This document shows, one piece after another, positions 1 through 9,425 of a stretch of DNA of 27,984 nt. Position numbers and translations under genes: made by a program. This DNA comes from Chthoniobacteraceae bacterium (GTDB lineage: Bacteria > Verrucomicrobiota > Verrucomicrobiia > Chthoniobacterales > Chthoniobacteraceae). Each line of letters opens with the position of its first letter. Positions within the stretch are counted from its first letter, which is position 1. The notes beneath the pieces were generated by a model. That model was not told the DNA's origin. It searched no databases and was given only the letters and a program-made list of their open reading frames with translations. The stretch spans positions 1 through 27,984 of the forward strand of contig JANNXQ010000070.1 of NCBI GenBank assembly GCA_031409655.1, given 5' to 3'.

Positions 1-193
1 CAACCGGGCGCTCAAGAGCAAGCTCGCGCAACTGCCCGCGCCGCGCGACTCAAAGCAACTCCAAGCGCAGACGCTCGCGCAACTGCACTCCTGCCACAAA
101 CAGCCCGCCCTCATCCGCAGTTACTTCCAATCCGCCACCACCACGCCAATCGCGCTCACGGCTGCAACAGGGAACGAAGCTTCCCGGAACTAA
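1..193 (+). mobile_element. IS630-family transposase C-terminal fragment (5' end outside the window, 3' end apparently fused to other sequence)
   Basis: The frame from nt 2 reads NRALKSKLAQLPAPRDSKQLQAQTLAQLHSCHKQPALIRSYFQSATT..., with TAA at 191-193. This resembles IS630 DDE transposase C-termini (N.xLK...PAR.K.QL...L...K.P..IRSYFQ). The usual terminal YAA* is missing. Confidence 0.6.
121..159 (-). pseudogene. N-terminal stub of a DUF3368/PIN-like toxin gene
   Basis: The GTG at 159 overlaps the UPF0175 TGA stop (GTGA coupling). It reads (M)SAIGVVVAD-WK*. VVVAD matches the first beta-strand and Asp of PIN/DUF3368 proteins that normally follow UPF0175. Confidence 0.5.
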
Positions 194-419
194 CTTCCAA
201 TTCCTCCCACGTCGCCTGCTGCTCCGCGCCATGCCGCTTGAAGAACGCTTCTGCCTCGTGAAATCCCAACCCCAGCATCTCCGCCGCCTGAACACGCGAG
301 AGTCGGCCTTCGCGATAGCCTTCCATGATCAGCATCTCACGAGCACGCCCCGCGGCATCGCCCGTGTCGAGACCGAGCAACCGGTTCCATGCATCGGGAA
401 TTTCGAGGACGAGTATCAT
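156..419 (-). CDS. UPF0175-family protein (putative antitoxin, HTH)
   Basis: 87 aa with the motif YREGRLSRVQAAEMLGL...FFKRHG typical of UPF0175. A leaderless-type promoter lies directly upstream. Confidence 0.8.
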   Translation of the reverse strand: MILVLEIPDAWNRLLGLDTGDAAGRAREMLIMEGYREGRLSRVQAAEMLGLGFHEAEAFFKRHGAEQQATWEELEVSSGKLRSLLQP

Positions 420-425
420 GTCCGG

Positions 426-453
426 AGCCTACGTTTTGCAGGGCCGATCGCAA
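426..453 (-). promoter_or_regulatory. sigma70-like promoter of the UPF0175 gene, leaderless geometry
   Basis: Minus strand reads TTGCGA-N16-TAGGCT-N6-ATG. Confidence 0.55.
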
Positions 454-480
454 GCCGGCACTTCAAAGGCAGGCACCTCT

Positions 481-533
481 GAAACACCAATGCTCCACCA
501 ATCCCAAACTCCACCACTCCATTTCTCCATCCA
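481..533. repeat. degenerate short tandem repeats (xxxCTCCA-type, 7-8 nt units)
   Basis: aatgctcc/accaatccc/aaactcc/accactcc/atttctcc/atcc immediately before the DUF1501 start. Confidence 0.5.
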
Positions 534-1916
534 ATGAATCCACATTCCCATTTCTCCCGCCGAACCTGGCTGCAACGCACCAGCGCCGGCTTTGGCTATC
601 TCGCCTTCAGCGCACTCGCCACGCAGCGCGCGCTTGCGGAGGCCGCGGCACCGCTGGCCCCGAAGCAACCGCATTTCCCCGCAAAGGCGAAGCGCGTGCT
701 CTTTCTCTGCATGGACGGCGGGGCGTCGCATGTGGACAGCTTTGACTACAAGCCCGAGCTGACCAAGCGCGACGGGCAGGCCATCGGCAAAGGCAAGGTG
801 GCTGCGGGCAAACTGATGGCGCCGGTGTGGGAGTTCAAGCAGCGCGGACAAAGCGGGCTGTGGATTTCCGAGCTGTTCCCGAATCTCGCGCAGCAGGCGG
901 ACAAGCTCTGCCTCATCAACAGGATGAAGACCGACGTGCCGAATCATCCGCCGGCCTTCCTGCAAATGCACACCGGCATCCCCACCGCGCCGCGTCCGTC
1001 GATGGGTGCGTGGATCACCTACGGCCTCGGCACCGCGAACGAAAACCTGCCCGGCTTTGTGACCATCAGCCCGCCGCCCGGACTCGGCGGTCCGGCGAAT
1101 TACGGCAGCTCATTCCTGCCCGCGATTTATCAGGGCACCAGCATCGGCTCGACGCGCGTGCCGGTGGAAAAGGCGCGCATCAGCAACCTCGCCAACCCGC
1201 AGCGTGCGCGCACCGAGTAGCGTGCGCATCTCGACTTTGTGCAGCAGCTCAATCGCACCGCGCTGGAGCGCGAACCCGAGAGCACCGCCGTCGAGGGCCT
1301 CATCGAATCGCACGAACTCGCCTTCCGCATGCAGGACGCGCTGCCCTACGTGATGGACCTCGCTGCCGAATCCGACGCGGCGAGAAAACTCTACGGCATC
1401 GGTGACAAGACGACCGAAAACTTTGGCCGCCAGTGCCTCATGGCGCGACGGCTCGTCGAGGCCGGCGTGCGTTTTGTCGAAGTCTGCCACGGCGGCTGGG
1501 ACCAGCATCGCAATCTCAAGGAAGACCACGGCAAGAACGCCGCCGCCGTCGATTGCCCCATCGCCGGTCTGCTCGCCGACCTCGCCTCGCGCGACCTGCT
1601 CCGCGACACGCTTGTCATCTGGGGCGGTGAATTCGGCCGCACGCCCTACGCTCAGATCGCCGATGGCCGCGACCACAACCACACCGGCTACACCACCTGG
1701 TTCGCCGGAGGCGGCGTCAAAGCCGGCCACAGCCACGGTGAGACCGACGAGTTCGGCTACGAGAGCGTCGTGGACCCCGTCCACATCCACGACTGGCACG
1801 CCACCATCCTCCACCTCCTCGGCCTGGAGCACACGAAGCTCACCTACCGCTACGCTGGCCGCGACATGCGGCTCACGGAAGTGAAGGGGAATGTGGTGAA
1901 GGGGATCCTCGCGTGA
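534..1916 (+). pseudogene. DUF1501-family (sulfatase-like) protein with Tat signal, interrupted by an in-frame TAG at 1218-1220
   Basis: ORFs 534-1220 and 1239-1916 are in the same frame. Motifs: SRRTWL (Tat), [63 protein letters not shown]. The TAG is plausibly a CAG>TAG change. Confidence 0.85.
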
Positions 1917-1927
1917 ACTTCCGACAC

Positions 1928-2956
1928 ATGAAAGCCGCTCCAACCCTCCTCACCACGCTCGCCCTCGCGGCGATTTACTCCGCGCTCGGCCAGGTGCCAG
2001 GCGGCGGTGTTTTTCAACGCTTCGACAAGAACGGCGACGGCAAAGTCACGAAGGACGAATTGCCAAACGCCGACACGTTTGCGCGCTTCGACGTGAACAA
2101 GGACGGCGCGATTACGCTGGAGGAATACGATCAGGTCGCCGGCGGCATGAAGCCGAAGCCGGACGCTCCACCCGTGCCGGTGAAACCGGGCGAAACGCCT
2201 CCGGCAACGCCGACGCCTGCAACGGCGCAGGCTCCGAGCGTCAGCCAGATCGATGCGATCGTGAAGGCCGTGGATAAGAACGGTGATGGCAAAGTCACGA
2301 AGGAGGAAGCGGCGGGAGCGAAGTGGTTTGACCGACTGGATCAAAATGCGGATGGCGTCATCGACGCGGAGGAGCTCGCGATGGTGAGGAAAATCATCGC
2401 CCGTGGTGGCGCGGCTGGTGGCGGGCGCGGGATGCCTTCCGACGCACCTGCACTCACGCCAGACGATCTGAAGAAGGTCACGAGCGGGCCGGAGATTTTG
2501 AAGCCGGGCGATGTGGGCATCGGACGGATGTTGCCGGATGCGGCGTTCACGGACCTCGCGGGCAAGGCGCATCGGCTGAGCGAACTCAAGGCGCACAAGG
2601 GCGTCGTCATTCCGATAACCAGCGCGACGTGTCCGGTGAGCAAGCGTTACCTGCCGAGTCTGGCGAAGCTGGAGAAGGAGCTCTCCGCGCAGGGCATTGC
2701 GCTGCTGCTGGTGAATCCGTTCGCCAGCGAGAAGATGGACGACATCAAGGCGCAGATTGCCGGACTCGCATTCACCGGTCCTAACATTCACGACAAAGAC
2801 AAGACGCTCACCGCCGCGCTGCAGGCCCGCACGACGACGGAGGTCTTCCTGCTCGATGCCACGCGCACGCTCACCTATCGCTACCTCGCTGACGCGATCG
2901 CGGCCTTGCTGAAGGGCGAGACGCCGCACATTGCCGCGACCGCCGGACCGGGTTAA
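1928..2956 (+). CDS. secreted EF-hand plus redoxin (AhpC/TSA-like) domain protein, probably internally deleted and C-terminally truncated
   Basis: Signal peptide, four EF-hand loops (DKNGDGKVTKDE, DVNKDGAITLEE, DKNGDGKVTKEE, DQNADGVIDAEE) and a thioredoxin-fold segment with SATCPVS. An alternative GTG start at 1913 overlaps the upstream stop. Confidence 0.75.
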   Translation: MKAAPTLLTTLALAAIYSALGQVPGGGVFQRFDKNGDGKVTKDELPNADTFARFDVNKDGAITLEEYDQVAGGMKPKPDAPPVPVKPGETPPATPTPATAQAPSVSQIDAIVKAVDKNGDGKVTKEEAAGAKWFDRLDQNADGVIDAEELAMVRKIIARGGAAGGGRGMPSDAPALTPDDLKKVTSGPEILKPGDVGIGRMLPDAAFTDLAGKAHRLSELKAHKGVVIPITSATCPVSKRYLPSLAKLEKELSAQGIALLLVNPFASEKMDDIKAQIAGLAFTGPNIHDKDKTLTAALQARTTTEVFLLDATRTLTYRYLADAIAALLKGETPHIAATAGPG

Positions 2957-3033
2957 ATCTGAGGTGATGGCAGCGACCGATGCGGCGCGCCAGGCCGCAG
3001 GTTGACCCGACTAAGAACGCGTCAGAGAGACGA

Positions 3034-3061
3034 TTGTCATCGTTCCGCCGTGATCCAAGAT
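3034..3061 (+). promoter_or_regulatory. sigma70-like promoter for the second DUF1501 gene, leaderless geometry
   Basis: TTGTCA(3034-3039)-N16-CAAGAT(3056-3061)-N6-ATG(3068). Confidence 0.5.
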
Positions 3062-3067
3062 ATTGCC

Positions 3068-4472
<1,405 letters not shown>

Positions 4473-4971
4473 CGCGCACGGCGCCACCCACAAAACAGCA
4501 TCGAAACGCTCGCACCCGAAAGACGTTTCGAGAATGAGGGTTCACTGGAAACAATGAACCGCCGAAAGGAGCGCCACGCGGACGAGGATCGCCCACGCCA
4601 ACCTCTCACGGAGTCTCTTTCGCCCTATGGACGCGACCTGCGCGAGCACTCGGCGGACCCGGAAGGGAGCGGCAGCGGGTGGTGAACGAGTGTCCCGGGG
4701 ACGGCTTCTCAATCGGCGGGATCGAGGCAAACCTCTTGGCGAAACGCGTTCATCTCGCCGATTCCGAGCCCCGGATTGGTCGTTCTTCCCGGAAAGTCAT
4801 TGCTCCTCTGGGCAGTCGGGGGATCGTCGCCGGGATGCAGATCGAGTGCTAATTCGCGCCTCGCCCGCGCACCGATCTCTGGTCGAACCCGCTCCAACTG
4901 CCGAAGAATCGTAGAATTTTCACAAAATTTTTCTTGCCGCCCGATCCCGTTCACCAAATACTCCGCGCCGT

Positions 4972-5187
4972 ATGAAGAACGCAAAAAAATCTCTCTCCTT
5001 GATGTTGGCGGTAGTCGCTGGGGCGTCTTCGCTTTTCCTTCTCGCCCCCGTGCAAGCTGCTACTGACCCGAGCGACTTGGTCACGATTTGCTTCCGCAAT
5101 CGGACGATACTAGTCCCTCAATACTTGCTTGCAAGGTACCAGTCCGTCATCGGCACGACGCTCGGTGCCTGCGTCCCGACACCGTAA
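4972..5187 (+). CDS. small secreted protein with two Cys (VTIC...TIxV...G.TLGAC motif)
   Basis: 71 aa with a signal peptide ending in VQA. It has an upstream TTGCCG-N17-AATACT promoter (4934-4962) and its own terminator. Confidence 0.7.
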   Translation: MKNAKKSLSLMLAVVAGASSLFLLAPVQAATDPSDLVTICFRNRTILVPQYLLARYQSVIGTTLGACVPTP

Positions 5188-5207
5188 GCTCCCCTTCATC
5201 GTTTTCA

Positions 5208-5240
5208 AAGACCCGATCCTCTGACGAGGATCGGGTTTTT
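5208..5240 (+). terminator. Rho-independent terminator
   Basis: ACCCGATCCTC-tgac-GAGGATCGGGT followed by a T-tract. Confidence 0.85.
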
Positions 5241-5374
5241 GTGTTTTTTCCGGGAGCTCGATCGACCGTGGAACGATCATTCACGCCCGGTCGGTCGGCA
5301 CTGAATTTCATTCATGCATCCAAGGTGGCTTGCCAGACACCGGCACATGCCGAAGATTGCGCGCACCACACTCC

Positions 5375-6901
5375 ATGAAACGCGTCTTCGGCATCGAAAC
5401 AGAATACGGAATCACTGTTGATGGAATCTCGGACCTCGACGTGGTGCGAGAGTCCATCGAGATCGTGCGGAGCTACACGGAGCACGGAGCTTCGATGAAG
5501 TGGGATTACAATCTGGAAGATCCGCACAATGACGCCCGCGGGTTTCGGGCGGACGAGCTTCTTCAGGACACAGACGAGGCCGCCTATTTCGAGCTCGATA
5601 AAAATCGCGCGTTGACCTTTGCCGAGATCAAGAGCGACCTCGTCCTCTCGAATGGTGCGCGCTTTTACAACGATCACGCGCACCCGGAATACTCGACGCC
5701 GGAATGCGGCACGCTCCGCGAGATCGTGGCTCAGGATAAGGCGGGCGAGCGCATCCTGGCGGAGTGTGCGCGCCGCCGGAACACGCATCTGCCTCCCGGT
5801 TGCGAGGCCCGCCTCTACAAGAACAACACGGACTTCGTGGGGCATAGCTACGGCTGCCACGACAATTTTCTCATGGACCGCGACGTGGCGTGGGATCGCG
5901 TGGTGCGGGACGTGGTGCCCTTCCTCGTCACGCGCCAGATCTTTGCCGGCGCGGGCAAGATGGGGATCGAGGGCGAAGATGCCGCCGGCCAACCCGGCAT
6001 CTACCAGATCGCGCAACGCTCGGACTTTTTCTCGGTGCTCTGCTCGATCGACACGATGAATCGCCGCCCGATCGTAAACACGCGCGACGAGCCGCATGCG
6101 GACGCGGGTTGTTACCGGCGGTTCCACGTCATCGTGGGCGACGCTAATATGAGCCAGTGGGCCACGGCTCTGAAGATCGGGACCACCTCGCTGGTGCTCG
6201 ACCTCATCGAGATGGGCAAGGCGCCGCACCTTGAGCTGGCAAATCCAGTGGAGGCGACGAAGGCCATCAGCCGCGACCAGAGCTACGCGTGGATCATCGA
6301 ACTGCGCGACGGACGAAAAATCTCCGCCCTCGATATCCAACGCCGCTACCTGACCTCCGCGCAGAAGCATTGCGACAAATCAGACGAAGATACTGTCTGG
6401 GTGCTCAACGAATGGGAGAGCGTGATCGACGATCTGACCCGGGACTACTGGCTCTGTCGGGATCGGGTCGATTGGGTGGCAAAGAAGTTTTTGCTCACGA
6501 CTTTGCAGGAAGCGGAGAAGCTCGAATGGAGTGACCCGTGGCTGCAATCCGTGGACCTCGAATACCACAACGTCTCGCTCGAAAACGGCCTCTACTACGA
6601 ACTCGTGCGGGAAGGTCAGATGCGGCGGTTCATCAGCGAGGACGATGTCCGCAAGGCGATCTTCCAGCCGCCCGAGACGACCCGCGCCTTCTTCCGCGGC
6701 CGGGCCGTGGCGAAGTTCAATCGGGAGATCGAGACCATCCAGTGGGACGAAATCACCTTCGCAAGCAATGGCAGCTCCTGCTCGGTGAACTTTCCGCATC
6801 CATCAAACGATGCCGGTCTCGACAGCCTCAATACCGCGATCCGGGAGGCGCGGAGTTACGGCGAACTCCTCAAGCGCTTGCACGCGGCCGGCGTGCAGTG
6901 A
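5375..6901 (+). CDS. dop: Pup/UBact deamidase-depupylase Dop (PafA2-family proteasome accessory factor)
   Basis: Motifs: RVFGIETEYGI, Dop-loop WDYNLEDPHNDARGF, LSNGARFYNDHAHPEYSTPEC, LYKNNTD..GHSYGCHDN, RPIVNTRDEPHAD, RRFHVIVGDANMS, DLEYH, PPETTRAFFRG. A TTGCCA-based promoter lies upstream. Confidence 0.88.
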   Translation: MKRVFGIETEYGITVDGISDLDVVRESIEIVRSYTEHGASMKWDYNLEDPHNDARGFRADELLQDTDEAAYFELDKNRALTFAEIKSDLVLSNGARFYNDHAHPEYSTPECGTLREIVAQDKAGERILAECARRRNTHLPPGCEARLYKNNTDFVGHSYGCHDNFLMDRDVAWDRVVRDVVPFLVTRQIFAGAGKMGIEGEDAAGQPGIYQIAQRSDFFSVLCSIDTMNRRPIVNTRDEPHADAGCYRRFHVIVGDANMSQWATALKIGTTSLVLDLIEMGKAPHLELANPVEATKAISRDQSYAWIIELRDGRKISALDIQRRYLTSAQKHCDKSDEDTVWVLNEWESVIDDLTRDYWLCRDRVDWVAKKFLLTTLQEAEKLEWSDPWLQSVDLEYHNVSLENGLYYELVREGQMRRFISEDDVRKAIFQPPETTRAFFRGRAVAKFNREIETIQWDEITFASNGSSCSVNFPHPSNDAGLDSLNTAIREARSYGELLKRLHAAGVQ

Positions 6902-7714
6902 TCAGATCGTCTGGGAGAGATAGCCGCCATCGACGCGGATGTCCGTGCCGGTGACGAAGCTGGAGGCCTTTTCCGAGGCCAGGAAGATGCACGCACCGAC
7001 GAGTTCTTCGCTCGTGCCGAAGCGGTTCATCGGGGTGTGGCCCCAGATGGCCTGGGTGCGCGCGGTCGGGGTGCCGTCGTCGTGGAAGAGGAGTTTGCGG
7101 TTTTGCTCGGCGGGGAAAAATCCCGGCGTGAGCGTATTCACCCGGACGCCTTTGGTGGCCCACTCGCGGGAGAGGAATTGCGAGAGGCTCAGTACCGCGG
7201 CCTTGCTCGCGCTGTAGGCGACGACGCGAGAGAGCGGGAGGTGCGCGGAGACGCTCGCGAAATTGATGATCGAGCCACGGCCGCGGGCGCACATCCCGGG
7301 ACCGAATTCCTGACAGGGCAGCAGGACTCCGCCGACGAGATTGAGATCGAAATTCGCGCGCCAATCGTCCAGGGCGATGGCTTCGATCGGGCGTTCGGGA
7401 GTGACCGTCACTTTCGGATCGTTGCCACCGGCGGCATTCACGAGGATCGCGGGCGCGCCGAGTTTTTCGGCGATGGCTTTGTGGGCCGCACTCACCGACG
7501 CACGGTCCATCGCATCCGCGGAAAAGAACGCCGCCTCGCCGCCAGCGTCACGAATCGCTTTCACCCGAGCCTCGCCGCGTTCTGCACTGCGACCGAGGAC
7601 GGCCACCTTCGCGCCCGCCTGCGCCAGGCCATCGGCCAACGCTCCGCCGAGGACGCCCGTGGCACCGATGACGACGGCGACTTCGTTTGTGAGATCAAAG
7701 AGGGATTGGGACAT
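6902..7714 (-). CDS. SDR-family oxidoreductase (gluconate 5-dehydrogenase/mannonate oxidoreductase-like)
   Basis: GATGVLG, LVNAAGGN, catalytic YSASK, PGFF, VDGG. Confidence 0.9.
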   Translation of the reverse strand: MSQSLFDLTNEVAVVIGATGVLGGALADGLAQAGAKVAVLGRSAERGEARVKAIRDAGGEAAFFSADAMDRASVSAAHKAIAEKLGAPAILVNAAGGNDPKVTVTPERPIEAIALDDWRANFDLNLVGGVLLPCQEFGPGMCARGRGSIINFASVSAHLPLSRVVAYSASKAAVLSLSQFLSREWATKGVRVNTLTPGFFPAEQNRKLLFHDDGTPTARTQAIWGHTPMNRFGTSEELVGACIFLASEKASSFVTGTDIRVDGGYLSQTI

Positions 7715-7772
7715 AGGAAAAGTCCGCCGAGAACAGCCGAGGAAGGGAGTCTTGGCAAGCGCGCGCCGGATG

Positions 7773-8246
7773 CTACAGGAGCGCCGCAGCGAGGAACCAG
7801 CCGATCATGACCAAGGCGATGGTGAATTTTGCCACGAAGCCCGCGGTGGTGCCGAGCAGCGTACCCCAGGATGATTTCCCCGCCGGGAGAAGTTTCTTGC
7901 CGCCGAGGATTTCGCCGACGAGCACGCCGATCATTGGCCCGAGGAAGAGGCCGAGCGGAAAAAAGAAGAGCCCGACGATCGCACCGATGATCCCGCCCAC
8001 CGCCCCCCAGCGCGTGGCCCCGAACCACTTTGCACCGATCGATCCGCTCACCAGATCGAGCACGTGGCTCACGACCATGAGGACCGCGAGCCCGCCGATG
8101 GTCCACCAACTCACACTCTGCGCTTCCCCCAGCATCACGTGATGCAGGATGGCCGCACCGACGATGATCGTCGTCCCGGGGAGCAGCGGCACTACGGTGC
8201 CGACGAGTCCGAGGAGCATGAGGAAAATGGTGAGAGCCCAGATCAT
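7773..8246 (-). CDS. DUF456-family membrane protein
   Basis: Hydrophobic protein with GLVGTVVPLLPG, GAKWFGATRWG and GLFLGP motifs. Confidence 0.85.
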   Translation of the reverse strand: MIWALTIFLMLLGLVGTVVPLLPGTTIIVGAAILHHVMLGEAQSVSWWTIGGLAVLMVVSHVLDLVSGSIGAKWFGATRWGAVGGIIGAIVGLFFFPLGLFLGPMIGVLVGEILGGKKLLPAGKSSWGTLLGTTAGFVAKFTIALVMIGWFLAAALL

Positions 8247-8306
8247 TTGAGAAAGTGGATTTGAAGTTTGCGGCCAGCGCGGGCGGACACTATGAACGCG
8301 ATCCTC

Positions 8307-8341
8307 AATCCGAAACCAAAAATCCCAAACCTCAAAATCCC
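8307..8341. repeat. degenerate heptamer tandem repeat (AAAxCCx)
   Basis: caatccg/aaaccaa/aaatccc/aaacctc/aaaatcc directly before the peroxiredoxin ATG. Confidence 0.45.
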
Positions 8342-8812
8342 ATGCCTCTTTCCGTTGGAACCAAAGCGCCCTCTTTCACCCTCAAGTCCAAAAAAGCCGA
8401 CGGTCTCGTGGACGTGACGCTGCCCGCAGCGGGCAAGACGACGCTCGTGCTTTTCTTCCCGCTCGCCTTCACGGGCGTCTGCACTACGGAACTCTGCAGC
8501 GTCTCGCAAGGCTTGGACGCCTACTCGGACATGGGTGTCGAGGTCGTCGCGGTGAGCATCGACAGCCCCTTCGCTCAGGAAGCCTGGGCGGCGAAGGAGA
8601 ACATCGGACTGAAGCTGGTCAGCGATTTGAACAAGGAAGCTACGAACGCCTACGGCGTGCTCTTCAAAGGACTGGCCGGGATCGGCGATAGCTCCGCACG
8701 GGCCGCGTTCGTGATCGATAAAGCGGGCGTCATTCAATACGCTGAGCAGACTGCAACGCCGAAAGACTTGCCAGACTTCGAAGCCATCAAGGCCAAGCTC
8801 GCCTCGCTCTGA
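8342..8812 (+). CDS. 1-Cys peroxiredoxin (AhpC/TSA, AhpE-like)
   Basis: G.KAPSFTL, FFPLAFTGVCTTELC (PxxxTxxC), SIDSPF, RAAFVID. Confidence 0.88.
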   Translation: MPLSVGTKAPSFTLKSKKADGLVDVTLPAAGKTTLVLFFPLAFTGVCTTELCSVSQGLDAYSDMGVEVVAVSIDSPFAQEAWAAKENIGLKLVSDLNKEATNAYGVLFKGLAGIGDSSARAAFVIDKAGVIQYAEQTATPKDLPDFEAIKAKLASL

Positions 8813-8844
8813 GACCACCCGGCGAGGTCGCCGGACGTCATCGC

Positions 8845-8884
8845 AAAAAAGCTCAGCCTCCGCATTCGGAGCTGAGCTTTTTTT
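8845..8884. terminator. bidirectional Rho-independent terminator between the peroxiredoxin gene and infA
   Basis: A6-GCTCAGC..TCCG-catt-CGGA-GCTGAGC-T7. Confidence 0.85.
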
Positions 8885-8982
8885 GTGGTCCTCGCACACC
8901 TTACCTCAATCCGAACGGGCGTGCAGATTCCCAACTGGGAACGAAGACACGCGCTCCCAAGCCTCCGCAAAAAGCAACCGAC

Positions 8983-9201
8983 TCAGCCGAGCCGATAGAC
9001 GATCCGCGCCTTGTTCAGGTCGTAAGGGGACATCTCCAATTTCACCCGATCACCAGTGGTGAGGCGGATGAAACGCTTGCGCATCCGGCCGGAGATGTGG
9101 GCCAGCACCAGATGCTGATTGGCGAGTTCGACGCGGAACATGGTTCCGGCGAGGACTGATGTGATTTTACCTTCGGTTTCGATGACGTCGCTGCCTGCCA
9201 T
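8983..9201 (-). CDS. infA: translation initiation factor IF-1
   Basis: 72 aa from the ATG at 9201: DVIETEGKI...[44 protein letters not shown]. Confidence 0.97.
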   Translation of the reverse strand: MAGSDVIETEGKITSVLAGTMFRVELANQHLVLAHISGRMRKRFIRLTTGDRVKLEMSPYDLNKARIVYRLG

Positions 9202-9425
9202 GAGAGATACGCTGCGGCTCCGCGGGGAGCGGAGCGAAAGTGGAGCGGATGGGTTTGGCTCCACCTCATTGATAGCTTTCGAGAAGCGCTCCGGTCCAGC
9301 ATCGCGCCGGTCGGAGGACGCGGAGGATCGCCGTTTTACCGGGCTTTGCAAGCGTCACTTGCGATTCGCTCCGGCGAACTCGCTCCCAGCGCCGCCCGCC
9401 GGGAAGGTCCTGCGATGAACGCGGA

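Noticed and set aside
4650..4676. SRP RNA domain IV look-alike (GCGGACCCGGAAGGGAGCGGC)
   Set aside because: The conserved CAG/AGCA internal-loop adenines are replaced, and the flanks do not form the SRP rod.
4554..4685. 43-aa charged, disordered ORF upstream of dop as a possible Pup/UBact modifier
   Set aside because: It ends in GSGW, not G[E/Q], lacks the UBact/Pup helical motif, and is separated from dop by another gene and a terminator.
4725..4750. c-di-GMP-I riboswitch-like GGCAAACC...GAAA
   Set aside because: The pairing partner and downstream GCAAAG/P2 elements are absent.
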